Assembly (NCBI GenBank): GCA_902529805.1
Contig: CABZXU010000001.1
Coordinates: 41,841-105,840 of the forward strand
DNA: 64,000 nucleotides
Source: an uncultured Marinoscillum sp.
GTDB taxonomy: Bacteria; Bacteroidota; Bacteroidia; Cytophagales; MED-G16
Reading direction: 5' to 3'
Shown here: positions 46,001 through 54,436 of the stretch, piece after piece
Layout of the letters: each line of letters begins with the position of its first letter
Position numbering within the stretch: position 1 is the stretch's first letter
Made by a program: the position numbers and the translations under genes
The notes under the pieces: model-generated
The model's database searches: none
Told to the model about the DNA's origin: nothing
The model's input: the letters and a program-made list of their open reading frames with translations, nothing else

Positions 46001-46451
46001 ATGTGTCACTATAAATATTATTTATATAACTAATTTTCTTTTGTAAAGAATCGTATGAAACTTTATCAGGACCATCAGCATAAAAAAGTATATATTCATC
46101 ATTGCTTAAATAATTATCATCGTCACCGATAAAATCAATTTTCATTTCAACAGGTGAATTAAATTTTAAAGCATCATTTTTTTGATTTAAAGGACCATTA
46201 ATCCCATTTCCAAATATTTGAATAGTATTGGGGATTATCTTTTCAACATCAATTTTAGATGAGTAGGATTCAAAAAAAGATTTATCAAGCTTATAAACAC
46301 CACTTTTAGTAATTCCAATTCTAATCCAATCACCTTTTGATAGTATAGACTCTTGAGATGAAGCACTTTTAATTTCGAAAAGAAATGTTAAAATGAAAAA
46401 TAATATTTTAAATTTTGTCAACAATTTTTTCTTTTTATAACATAAAATCAT
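43029..46451 (-). CDS. porU: T9SS sortase PorU (C25 peptidase)
   Basis: S.LS.G.W..I.....GVYK, YVLLFGDASYDYK, SSDDFFG, NYIGHG (His), SATCEFG (Cys), LLGDP, CTD with NYPNPF. Confidence 0.94.
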   Translation of the reverse strand: MILCYKKKKLLTKFKILFFILTFLFEIKSASSQESILSKGDWIRIGITKSGVYKLDKSFFESYSSKIDVEKIIPNTIQIFGNGINGPLNQKNDALKFNSPVEMKIDFIGDDDNYLSNDEYILFYADGPDKVSYDSLQKKISYINNIYSDTSFYLLTFNQKEGKRIESNISIEDYLNIIDFSSQTFIYENDLNNILQSGREWVGQLFVNGDSKKINISSPNLYDDNVSIILKALSRSTDNSKFEISVNNTKVAELNLEKINEDLYGEKVIFSLDTFEIKPSDIQNLSLSIDYSGTSKSLAYLDYIIINYNSKLIYDSGQNFFNNLSGIDYDKIQFNISTDLENLKIWNITDPYHVNDQLYNNDIGKNTFNVNSNKFQEYIIFTYNDLLIPSSHNYAFDSNTKTRIKNILSDTNVELLIITDDLFLFDANRLANFRILNDKINSKVVTVNEIYLQFSSSVPDISSIRNYIKYLYDKSSKKLKYVLLFGDASYDYKDRISNNTNYVPTYQSRNSTNNIYSYSSDDFFGFLEDDEGLWSENVLGDHNLDVGIGRIPVNNNLDSKLVIDKLIRYSTNNDFGNWKNDIYLIADDGDYNIHQINAEKHFDLVDSNNPQFNIKKIFIDYYKQELVGGVKKSIDGNKRLNEAIRQGSLIINYIGHGNEFLWAEERILDENSIDNWTNRSKIPLLVSATCEFGKFDNPLITSGGELMIKKGDGGSIALFTTTRPVFSQTNFLLNDQFYKNVFKKENNNFLRLGDIFKITKNNSLSGPINRNFSLLGDPSMILNYPKLDIELNIPDSLSLDTLRALEKYSFKGEINTNGKKVENFNGEVFIDFFDKLSDKETLGDESDPFYFREWDKSIFRGSSTVNNGNFNFEFVVPKNIEYNFGKAKITMYAIDSINQIDANGSNIDFSIGGTSKNFSGDENPPNINIYFNDRKFKSEDNIGSNALLIIDLYDENGINIYNSDYSNNIVATLDDSIDFVLNDYFRSLKDDFKRGTIIYPIENLAFGKHKLEIKVYDTYNNIGKESVLFIVTNDLNIRINNVMNYPNPFSESTSFRFEHDREEEDLEVSIEIINLNGKVIFNKYEIIENSNKLVKGILWNGKNSNQQIVSDGIYIYKLQVKSLFDGAKNQFYKKIIKRNL

Positions 46452-46477
46452 AGAATAAATTGTAATTAAAAATTATT

Positions 46478-47161
46478 TTAATTTCCTTCATTCCTCTTAA
46501 TGGAAAAATAAAATAATGAAATAAGAATATATATAATCACAATTATTGGAAAGGCATCCAATTTTATAAATAATAATAAAAATAAAGATGTGAATAATAA
46601 GGTATACTTATGAATATTTTTAAAAAATGAAAAATCTTTAAATTTCAAAGAAATGAACTTAATATTAACTATCATCATTATTGAAAAAAATATAACTAAT
46701 AAAAGCAAAGATTCAGGCGTAAGGAAATTATCATAAGTTCCAGAATTATAAATTAAAGAATTAAAAAATAAAGCAACTAATGGTGTGGGAATACCCAAAA
46801 ATAAAAATTCTTGTTTATTATCAATATTGAACTTTGATAATCTTAAGGAAGCAAATAAAAGAATTAATACTGAAAAGTATTTATAAATATCAATAGAGGA
46901 GTTAATTGAAAACCAGTCATATAAAATTAAACTAGGTAAAAAACCAAAAGATATTAAATCAGCAAAAGAGTCAAGTTGTTTGCCAAAATTAGATGTCGCA
47001 TCTAATTTTCTTGCTATAAAACCGTCTAAAAAATCAAAAATAAGAGATAAATAAATACAATACTCAATTAAGTCATAATTTTTATTTATCAAAAATAAAA
47101 CTCCTATAAATCCAGATAATAAATTAAGAATGGTAAAAAAGGAAGGAAAAATAAATTTCAT
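46478..47161 (-). CDS. pssA: CDP-alcohol phosphatidyltransferase (phosphatidylserine synthase-like)
   Basis: FDFLDGFIARKL..TSNFGKQLDSFADLISFG, LRLSKFNID, F.GIPTP. Confidence 0.85.
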   Translation of the reverse strand: MKFIFPSFFTILNLLSGFIGVLFLINKNYDLIEYCIYLSLIFDFLDGFIARKLDATSNFGKQLDSFADLISFGFLPSLILYDWFSINSSIDIYKYFSVLILLFASLRLSKFNIDNKQEFLFLGIPTPLVALFFNSLIYNSGTYDNFLTPESLLLLVIFFSIMMIVNIKFISLKFKDFSFFKNIHKYTLLFTSLFLLLFIKLDAFPIIVIIYILISLFYFSIKRNEGN

Positions 47162-47796
47162 ATTAAAAAAGGATTATTGTTCATTTCGTTTTTCAGAATA
47201 GTTTTTGGTCCATGTCCCGAATAAATTATTGTATCCTCATTTAACAAAAATAGTTTATTTTTAATGCTATGAATTAAAGTATCATGATCCCCACCTGGTA
47301 AATCTGTTCTTCCTATGCTATTTAAAAAAAGAACATCACCACTAAAACATACATTTTCATTTTTACAATGAAAAGCTAAATGACCAGGACTATGACCAGG
47401 AAGAAATAAAACATCAAGCTCAATATTTCCAAATTCTATTTTATCTTTTTCCTTTAAGTATTTACTTTCATTTAAATGTAAATACTTATGAAAACCAAAT
47501 AATTGCGAAATATTTTGAACATTTTTATACATATCCTTTTCATCAAATGGAATTAATAGTTCAGCATCATATTTTTCATTTAAATATTTATTACCTAAAC
47601 AATGGTCTATATGACAATGTGTCAAAATAATTTTTGTTAAGCTAAGTCTATTTTCATCAATATATTTAGATATTGATTCATTTTCATGAGGATCATAATT
47701 TCCTGGATCTATAATAATTGCTTCCTTCGAATCATCAAAAATTATATATGTATTTTCTTGATAAGGATTGAATGTAAATGATTTTATTTTTAACAT
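47158..47796 (-). CDS. MBL-fold metallo-hydrolase (glyoxalase II-like, YcbL/GloC type)
   Basis: THCHIDH, PGHSPGH, SGDVLF..SIGRTD, SGHG. Confidence 0.92.
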   Translation of the reverse strand: MLKIKSFTFNPYQENTYIIFDDSKEAIIIDPGNYDPHENESISKYIDENRLSLTKIILTHCHIDHCLGNKYLNEKYDAELLIPFDEKDMYKNVQNISQLFGFHKYLHLNESKYLKEKDKIEFGNIELDVLFLPGHSPGHLAFHCKNENVCFSGDVLFLNSIGRTDLPGGDHDTLIHSIKNKLFLLNEDTIIYSGHGPKTILKNEMNNNPFLI

Positions 47797-47847
47797 TTAA
47801 TTAAATTATTCTACAAATTTCTACTAAAAAAGTTTAAATTATAATTT

Positions 47848-48906
47848 GTGGGCAAAAATTATGATTTTATAATTGTTGGACAAGGGATTACTGGATCAGT
47901 TTTAAGCTGGAGACTTATTGAAAAGAATTTTAATTTTTTAGTAATTAATAATTCAAATAAAAAAAGCTCATCAAAATCAGCTCTTGGATTATATAATCCA
48001 ATAACAGGAAAAAATTTTGTCGAAACATGGAATTCAAATGAAATTATTAATGAAACAGAAAATTTTTATACATCAATAGAAAAAAAATTGAATGAAAAGT
48101 TCTTATATAAAAAAAATATCTATCGACCATTTTCAAGTAAAAAGGATTCAAATAATTGGGAATTGAAAATGGAATCTAAAACGTACAAAAAATATATTCA
48201 AAAGTTAGATTATAAATCTAAATATAATTTTTTGAAAGATAATCTAGGTGGTGTGATTACTAATAAAAGCGGTTATTTAGATGTAAAAAAATTTCTTTTA
48301 CTTACCCGTAAGTATTTAAAATCTAGAAAAATTTACGTTGAAAAAAATATAAAATCAACTAATATAAAATCAACAAAAGATTATATTGAAATAATTAAAA
48401 AAAAGACTAAATATTTAGTTTTATGTAGAGGGTTTTATGAGAATGAATCTAGTTTCTTTTCATGGTTACCTTTTAACTTAGTTAAAGGCGAAAACATAAA
48501 TATTTCTATGCCCCATGAAATTAATGAAATAATTCAAAAGTCTATATTAATTATTCCTAATAAAAATAAGAATATATACTCAGTCGGTTCTACTTATAAT
48601 TGGAAAATATTAAATGATAAAGTCAGTGAAACTGGAATTAATAAATTAAAAAATAAAATTGAAAAAATATTAAATTGTAATTATAAAATAATTAAAAAGC
48701 AATCAGGAATTAGACCTGCAACTAAGGATAGAAGACCATTCATTGGATTTCATCCTTCGAATAAAAAAATAGGAATAATTAATGGGTTAGGTTCAAAAGG
48801 AATAAGTTTAGCTCCCTATTGTACAAAAATATTAATCGATAATATCCAAAATAATAAAAACATTAACAGAGAAATAAACATAAAAAGATATATTTCGTTA
48901 TATTGA
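47848..48906 (+). CDS. FAD-dependent oxidoreductase (DAO/glycine oxidase-like)
   Basis: IVGQGITG, VKGE, GSTY, GIRPAT.DRRP, NGLGSKG; GTG start. Confidence 0.88.
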   Translation: MGKNYDFIIVGQGITGSVLSWRLIEKNFNFLVINNSNKKSSSKSALGLYNPITGKNFVETWNSNEIINETENFYTSIEKKLNEKFLYKKNIYRPFSSKKDSNNWELKMESKTYKKYIQKLDYKSKYNFLKDNLGGVITNKSGYLDVKKFLLLTRKYLKSRKIYVEKNIKSTNIKSTKDYIEIIKKKTKYLVLCRGFYENESSFFSWLPFNLVKGENINISMPHEINEIIQKSILIIPNKNKNIYSVGSTYNWKILNDKVSETGINKLKNKIEKILNCNYKIIKKQSGIRPATKDRRPFIGFHPSNKKIGIINGLGSKGISLAPYCTKILIDNIQNNKNINREINIKRYISLY

Positions 48907-48916
48907 TGTTGTAGTT

Positions 48917-51900
48917 ATGCCCAAGTTTCTTCATTTTTTTTCTTTTTTAATTCTTATATTTATTAATATAGAATTAAGATCACAATCCTCCATATATAAT
49001 GATTATGGTAAGAATAGGATTCAATTCAAATTATTCAAATGGAAGTATTTATCTTCTGAAAACTTTAATATTTATTATCATGATAATGGAAAAAGATATG
49101 CAGAAATTGCAATCAAAGAATTGGAAAATAATTTTAATTCTATTACTAATTTTATTGGACACTATCCGAACTCCAAGACAAAAATTTTTATATTTAATTC
49201 AGCTTCAGATTTAAATCAAAGTAATTTAGGAATTAATGAAAAAGAGGTTTTTTTGACTACTAATATTCAAACAAACATTAAACTAGAGTTTACTACATTT
49301 TTTCCTGGAACCATACAAAATTTTCTTAATAAACTTAAATATGATTTTTCAAATTCATTAATAAATGATATGATGAATAGTGAAAAAAGTTTTACCCAAA
49401 GGTTTGGCAAATCTTCCTTAATTTATTTGCCAAAATGGTTTACTAATGGTGCATCTAAATACCTAGCTGAAGGATGGAGTCAAGAGATGGACAATTATAT
49501 GAGAGATTACTTTTTAATTTCAGATTTTAAAAAAATTACTAAAATCACAGAAAATCAAGCACCAATAATTGGTCAAAGTATATGGAATTATATAATAAAT
49601 ACTTATGGAAAATCAAGCGTGTCTAATGTGTTTAATCTTTCAAAAATCATAAAAAATACACCTAGAAGCTTTGAGTCTACATTAGGTATATCATTTAATG
49701 TGTTATTAAAAAACTGGCAAGATTATTATATTGATAATTCTAAAGAATTAATTTCTCAATATGAACTTCCAGACAAAGAAAATGAAATTAAACATAAAAA
49801 AGATGATATCAACTCAACTCAAACTAAATTAAGCCCTGAAAGAAATAAGATTCTATATTCTATAAAAGATGATAATAAACAAAAAGTTTTTATTAAAAAT
49901 TTAATTAATAATAAAATTGAAAAGATCTATTCCGGATCAAATAATTTAACTAATAATTATCCAATTCTTAATTGGATTGATAATGATAAAGTAGGAATAA
50001 TAACATATTATAAAAAAGAGAATATTTTATTAATATATGATTTTTTAAATAAAAGAAAAGAAATAAAAAAACTTCAAAATATTGATCAAATAAACAGTTT
50101 TAATTTTAATTCGTCATCTAACCTTTTAGTAATTAGCGCTTCATCAAAAGGAAAAAGTGATTTGTATTTATTGAGTACATATAAAAACTATATAAAAAAA
50201 ATCACAAATGATAAATGGGATGATATAGACCCAGTTTTTATTCCCGATCAAGATATTATTTTGTTTAGTTCCAATCGGAAAAGTCCTTTTTTAGATGACA
50301 GAGATTACAGTATAAAAGAAATAAAAGATGATAACTATAACATTTTTTTATATCATTTAGATACCACTAAATTAGAACTAAAACAAATTACTAAAACAGT
50401 AAGTAAAGATTCAAAACCATTTGCAAAAAATATAGATGAAATATTTTATCTAAGCGACATCAAGGGAATTAGTAATATATTTAAATATGATTTAAGAAAT
50501 GAATCATTTTTTCAGATCAGTAACTTTTTTTCTGATATATTGGATTATGATGTTGATTTTGAAAATAATATTTTAATTGCATCCCTAATTAATGAAGGTA
50601 GTATTAAGAATTATTATTATGAAAATTTTAATTTTAACGATAATATATTCACTCTCGAAACTAATCGTAAAAAATTTCTTATTAAAAAAAATTTATTAAA
50701 CAAAAATTTACCTAAAATAGATTATAACTATGAAGATGATTCTATAAAAATTAAAGAAGATATTGATTATGAAGATGTAGATAATTTTATTTTTGAAGAA
50801 GAAAATAGTTATAATAATGTTTCCTCAATTATTTCAAATTATAAGAAATTTCAAAGAAATTCAAATGCTTACACGTCTCATGATTATAAATATTCTATAA
50901 TTAAAAATAATTTTAATTCATTTTTATTTATTGATCCAATTAAAGGTTTTGGAAATAAAATTGAAGTTGATATAATTGATTTATTTGAAAATCATAAATT
51001 ATATACTAATGCTTATGTGCCATTTAGAAATTTAAAAAGTCCAGACATTTTTGTTGAATATAGTTATTTAAAAAGAAGAACTGATTTTAAACTAGGGTTT
51101 AAAAGGAAATTAATTTTTTTAGAAAATGATGAAGAATATTTATATCATAAATATCAATATAATTCTATATTTTTGGTATCTTCTTATCCAATTTCAAGGT
51201 TCTCAAGAATTGAGATTTCACCTGAATATAATTTTTCCCAATTCAATGATCTAGATTATAGAGTAGTTAATACGACCCCTCTTCCCCATCTAACTGAAAG
51301 CAAATTCAATTATATTGGAATAAAAACTAGATTTATTTTTGACAACACCAAAAAAATTGCAATGAACTTAGAACAAGGTACAAAGCTAAAAATTGGAATT
51401 GATAATTATAATTCGACAAAAGCAAAAGAAAAAAATTTTAACAAACTATTTTTTGATATAAATCATTATCAAAAAATAAATAAAGAAATAACTCTAGCAT
51501 CTAATTTATATTATGGGAATTTTTTTGGAAATAACCCTAAATATTTTCTACTTGGAGGAGTTAAAAATTCTTTATTTTCAAAAAAAGAAGAAAATGCTAA
51601 ATATGATCCCTTGAAAATTAGTAGTGGCTTAGATAATTCAGATGTGCTTTTTGCTGAATTTCATAATCTTAGAGGTTATAATTATAATAAATTTCAGGGA
51701 AATCAAATTCTAAAATTTACTACAGAACTAAGAATTCCAATAGTAAAATATTTGTTTAATAGAGAAGTATCATCATCTTTTCTTCAAAATTTACAATTAA
51801 TAAGCTTTTTTGACATTGGATCATCCTGGACTGGAAAATCTCCATTCAATAATGAAAATAGCATAAACATCTGGGTTATCAATGATCCTGGATCAGTATT

Positions 51901-52066
51901 TGATGCTGAAGTTGTAAATTCAAAAAACCCATGGTTATCAAGTTTTGGTTGGGGAGTTCAATCTCTAATTATGGATTACTATGTTAAAATAGATTTTGCT
52001 AAGCCTATTGAAGATTATAAAATAGGCAAACCAAAATTACATTTCTCACTAGGATATAGTTTTTAA
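48917..52066 (+). CDS. Omp85-superfamily protein: degenerate peptidase-like N-domain, TolB/PD40 propeller, C-terminal beta-barrel
   Basis: YGKNRIQFK, LPKWF..G...Y; PD40-like TNDKWDDIDPVF..LFSSNR; LRGY, ELRIP, F.DIGSSW; terminal SLGYSF. Confidence 0.75.
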   Translation: MPKFLHFFSFLILIFINIELRSQSSIYNDYGKNRIQFKLFKWKYLSSENFNIYYHDNGKRYAEIAIKELENNFNSITNFIGHYPNSKTKIFIFNSASDLNQSNLGINEKEVFLTTNIQTNIKLEFTTFFPGTIQNFLNKLKYDFSNSLINDMMNSEKSFTQRFGKSSLIYLPKWFTNGASKYLAEGWSQEMDNYMRDYFLISDFKKITKITENQAPIIGQSIWNYIINTYGKSSVSNVFNLSKIIKNTPRSFESTLGISFNVLLKNWQDYYIDNSKELISQYELPDKENEIKHKKDDINSTQTKLSPERNKILYSIKDDNKQKVFIKNLINNKIEKIYSGSNNLTNNYPILNWIDNDKVGIITYYKKENILLIYDFLNKRKEIKKLQNIDQINSFNFNSSSNLLVISASSKGKSDLYLLSTYKNYIKKITNDKWDDIDPVFIPDQDIILFSSNRKSPFLDDRDYSIKEIKDDNYNIFLYHLDTTKLELKQITKTVSKDSKPFAKNIDEIFYLSDIKGISNIFKYDLRNESFFQISNFFSDILDYDVDFENNILIASLINEGSIKNYYYENFNFNDNIFTLETNRKKFLIKKNLLNKNLPKIDYNYEDDSIKIKEDIDYEDVDNFIFEEENSYNNVSSIISNYKKFQRNSNAYTSHDYKYSIIKNNFNSFLFIDPIKGFGNKIEVDIIDLFENHKLYTNAYVPFRNLKSPDIFVEYSYLKRRTDFKLGFKRKLIFLENDEEYLYHKYQYNSIFLVSSYPISRFSRIEISPEYNFSQFNDLDYRVVNTTPLPHLTESKFNYIGIKTRFIFDNTKKIAMNLEQGTKLKIGIDNYNSTKAKEKNFNKLFFDINHYQKINKEITLASNLYYGNFFGNNPKYFLLGGVKNSLFSKKEENAKYDPLKISSGLDNSDVLFAEFHNLRGYNYNKFQGNQILKFTTELRIPIVKYLFNREVSSSFLQNLQLISFFDIGSSWTGKSPFNNENSINIWVINDPGSVFDAEVVNSKNPWLSSFGWGVQSLIMDYYVKIDFAKPIEDYKIGKPKLHFSLGYSF

Positions 52067-52072
52067 TTAATT

Positions 52073-52945
52073 ATGATACTTTCTATGACAGGTTATGGGT
52101 TTAAAAGGGTTGAGATAAATGGTGAGACTATTGAGATCGAAATTAAATCTTTAAATTCAAAATATTTTGATATACAAAATCAAATACCAAAAGAATTAAA
52201 TAATAAAGAAATTCATATAATTAATTTATTAAAAAAAAATCTAAAAAGAGGAAAAGTAAATTTATCAATTTCAGTAAATCAAACAACTAAAAATAATACT
52301 ATTGAGATAAATAAAAATATTTTCAGAAAAAAATATAATGAACTAAAAAGTCTTTCCAAATCAGTAAATAATTCCTATGAAAAAGATTTATTCAAAATAA
52401 CATCTAACTTAAATAACATTATTACATATAATTCAAAAAGGAATAAAATAACTTACAATAAGATTCTACCATATATAAATGAAGCCATTAATCAATTTAA
52501 TAAGTTTAGAAAAAAAGAAGGAGAAGATTTAGCTAAAGATTTAAAAAGAAATATAAATAAAATAAATATTTATATAAACTCAATAATTAAGACTGACAAA
52601 AATTCTAATTACAAAAAGGAAAAGTTATTAAAAAAAAAATTAAAAAATATTAGTACTAATATAAAAATTGATGAAAATAGACTTGAGCAAGAAATTCTTT
52701 ATTATATTGAAAAACAAGCTATTAACGAAGAAATACAAAGATTAAAAAGTTTGCTATCAAACTTTTTAATCACAATGAAATCTAAAAATCTTTATGGTAA
52801 AAAACTTATTTTTATTTCTCAAGAAATAGGAAGAGAAATAAATACAATTGGGTCAAAAACTAGTGAATTGGAAATAAAAAATAAAGTGATAGAAATGAAA
52901 GAAAAATTAGAAAAAATAAAGGAAATACTTTTTAACGTAGTTTAA
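52073..52945 (+). CDS. yicC: YicC/YloC family endoribonuclease
   Basis: MILSMTGYG, EIKSLNSK, RGK, EEIQRL, GKKL.F..QE.GREINTIGSK. Confidence 0.9.
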   Translation: MILSMTGYGFKRVEINGETIEIEIKSLNSKYFDIQNQIPKELNNKEIHIINLLKKNLKRGKVNLSISVNQTTKNNTIEINKNIFRKKYNELKSLSKSVNNSYEKDLFKITSNLNNIITYNSKRNKITYNKILPYINEAINQFNKFRKKEGEDLAKDLKRNINKINIYINSIIKTDKNSNYKKEKLLKKKLKNISTNIKIDENRLEQEILYYIEKQAINEEIQRLKSLLSNFLITMKSKNLYGKKLIFISQEIGREINTIGSKTSELEIKNKVIEMKEKLEKIKEILFNVV

Positions 52946-52949
52946 AAAA

Positions 52950-53627
52950 CTAACCTCCTAATTTAAAAGTAATAGGCAAAATCATTCTTACTCTAACTGG
53001 CCTTCCTCTTTGCTTACCTGGAGACCATTTTTTTGCTCTTGAAATTACTCTAACAGCTTCCTCATCACAACCAGCTCCAATTCCTTTGATAGCTTGGACA
53101 TCAGTTAAAGATCCATCTTTACCAACTACAAATTGAACAAAAACCTTGCCTTCAATACCCATTCTTCTGGCTTGAGCAGGATATCTTAATGTAGTTCCAA
53201 CATATTTGTAAAAAGCACCCATCCCACCAGGAGGTTGGGGTTGATCTTCAACAATGGTAAAAATTTCATCAACCTCCTCCTCTTCAGGAGCCTCTTCAAA
53301 AACAATTTCTTCAATAACTGTTTCTTCAGTTATTTCTACATCAATTTCAATTTCAATTTCTTCCTCAATTTCTTCTTCATCTGGAACCTCAATTATTTCA
53401 GGTTGCTGTATAACAGGTGGTGGTGGTGGTGGTTGTTCGGTAGGAGGAATCTCCAAAAGATCTTCAAAATCATCTTCAATATTTCCTAAATCCATAGCAG
53501 ACCCTCTATCATAAAACCGCCATTCAAAAGCAGTAATTACAAGTAATAAGCTTACACACAAACCTATATTCATAAAAAGGGCTGATTTCTTTTCTAAATC
53601 AGCGCTGGGATTCTTTTTTAATTCCAT
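52950..53627 (-). CDS. tonB: Energy transducer TonB
   Basis: N-terminal TM, poly-Pro and Glu-rich linker, YPAQARRMGIEGKVFVQFVV, W.PGKQRG. Confidence 0.93.
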   Translation of the reverse strand: MELKKNPSADLEKKSALFMNIGLCVSLLLVITAFEWRFYDRGSAMDLGNIEDDFEDLLEIPPTEQPPPPPPVIQQPEIIEVPDEEEIEEEIEIEIDVEITEETVIEEIVFEEAPEEEEVDEIFTIVEDQPQPPGGMGAFYKYVGTTLRYPAQARRMGIEGKVFVQFVVGKDGSLTDVQAIKGIGAGCDEEAVRVISRAKKWSPGKQRGRPVRVRMILPITFKLGG

Positions 53628-53669
53628 ATACTATATTTCTTTAAAAAAACTATATGTAATGATACTAAT

Positions 53670-54032
53670 TCATTTTATTTTAACAAAATAACAAACAAAA
53701 ATTCCTAAGAAATTAAAAAAAACATCATATAGTTCAAAATATCTATAACTAACTAAATTTTGAACTAACTCAATCAAAAAGCTAAATATTAATATTGATA
53801 TTAATAGGATAATTTTTGATTTAAAATTATAATTTATTTTGCTATATCTTAAAGTCCTAAGCAATAAATAAGCCATAACAAAAAAAATAATAAAATGAAA
53901 AAATTTGTCACCTAACAAGATTGAAGGACCCTTAGATGGATTAATCTTTATGAGGAATAAAAAAATACTAAAAAGAATCCATATGATACTAAAAGATAAA
54001 TTAAAATAAAAATTATTCAGATATTTCTTCAT
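53670..54032 (-). CDS. VanZ family membrane protein
   Basis: DKFFHF, IELVQ..V.YR, D...N..G. Likely start MKKYLNN overlapping the gcvH 3' end. Confidence 0.75.
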   Translation of the reverse strand: MKKYLNNFYFNLSFSIIWILFSIFLFLIKINPSKGPSILLGDKFFHFIIFFVMAYLLLRTLRYSKINYNFKSKIILLISILIFSFLIELVQNLVSYRYFELYDVFFNFLGIFVCYFVKIK

Positions 54033-54387
54033 AAGATTTAAGATCCAAAAGACTTTCAACTTCATTTAGATCTAAAATTTTAATTTTAATCATCCATCCT
54101 TCACCATAAGGATCAGAATTAACAAGCTCAGGGTTATCAATAACTTTTTCGTTTATTTCAACAATCTTGCCAGTTATAGGCATAAAAAGATCAGAAACTG
54201 TTTTAACGGCTTCAACTGATCCAAAAACTTCACCTGAATTAATTTCTTGATTTAAACTTTCAATTTCAACGAAAACAATATCTCCTAATTCTTTTTGAGC
54301 AAAGTTTGTAATTCCAACTATAGCATAATCTCCATCAATATTAATCCACTCATGATCTTTTGTGTATTTCAAATTGTTTGGATCCAT
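54013..54387 (-). CDS. gcvH: Glycine cleavage system H protein
   Basis: YTKDHEW, GIT.FAQ.ELGDIV, EAVKTVSD (lipoyl Lys), NSDPYGEGW. Confidence 0.97.
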   Translation of the reverse strand: MDPNNLKYTKDHEWINIDGDYAIVGITNFAQKELGDIVFVEIESLNQEINSGEVFGSVEAVKTVSDLFMPITGKIVEINEKVIDNPELVNSDPYGEGWMIKIKILDLNEVESLLDLKSYEEISE

Positions 54388-54403
54388 AATATTTTAAATT
54401 TCC

Positions 54404-54411
54404 CAAAAGTA
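54404..54411 (-). promoter_or_regulatory. -7 promoter element (TACTTTTG) for gcvH
   Basis: Exact TAnnTTTG 16 nt upstream of the gcvH ATG. Confidence 0.55.
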
Positions 54412-54436
54412 ATATCTAATTTTTATAATATAAACT

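Noticed and set aside
53416..53433. (GGT)n trinucleotide repeat and neighbouring TTCAAT/TTC repeats
   Set aside because: They encode the Pro- and Glu/Ile-rich linker of TonB; not a contingency locus or CRISPR.
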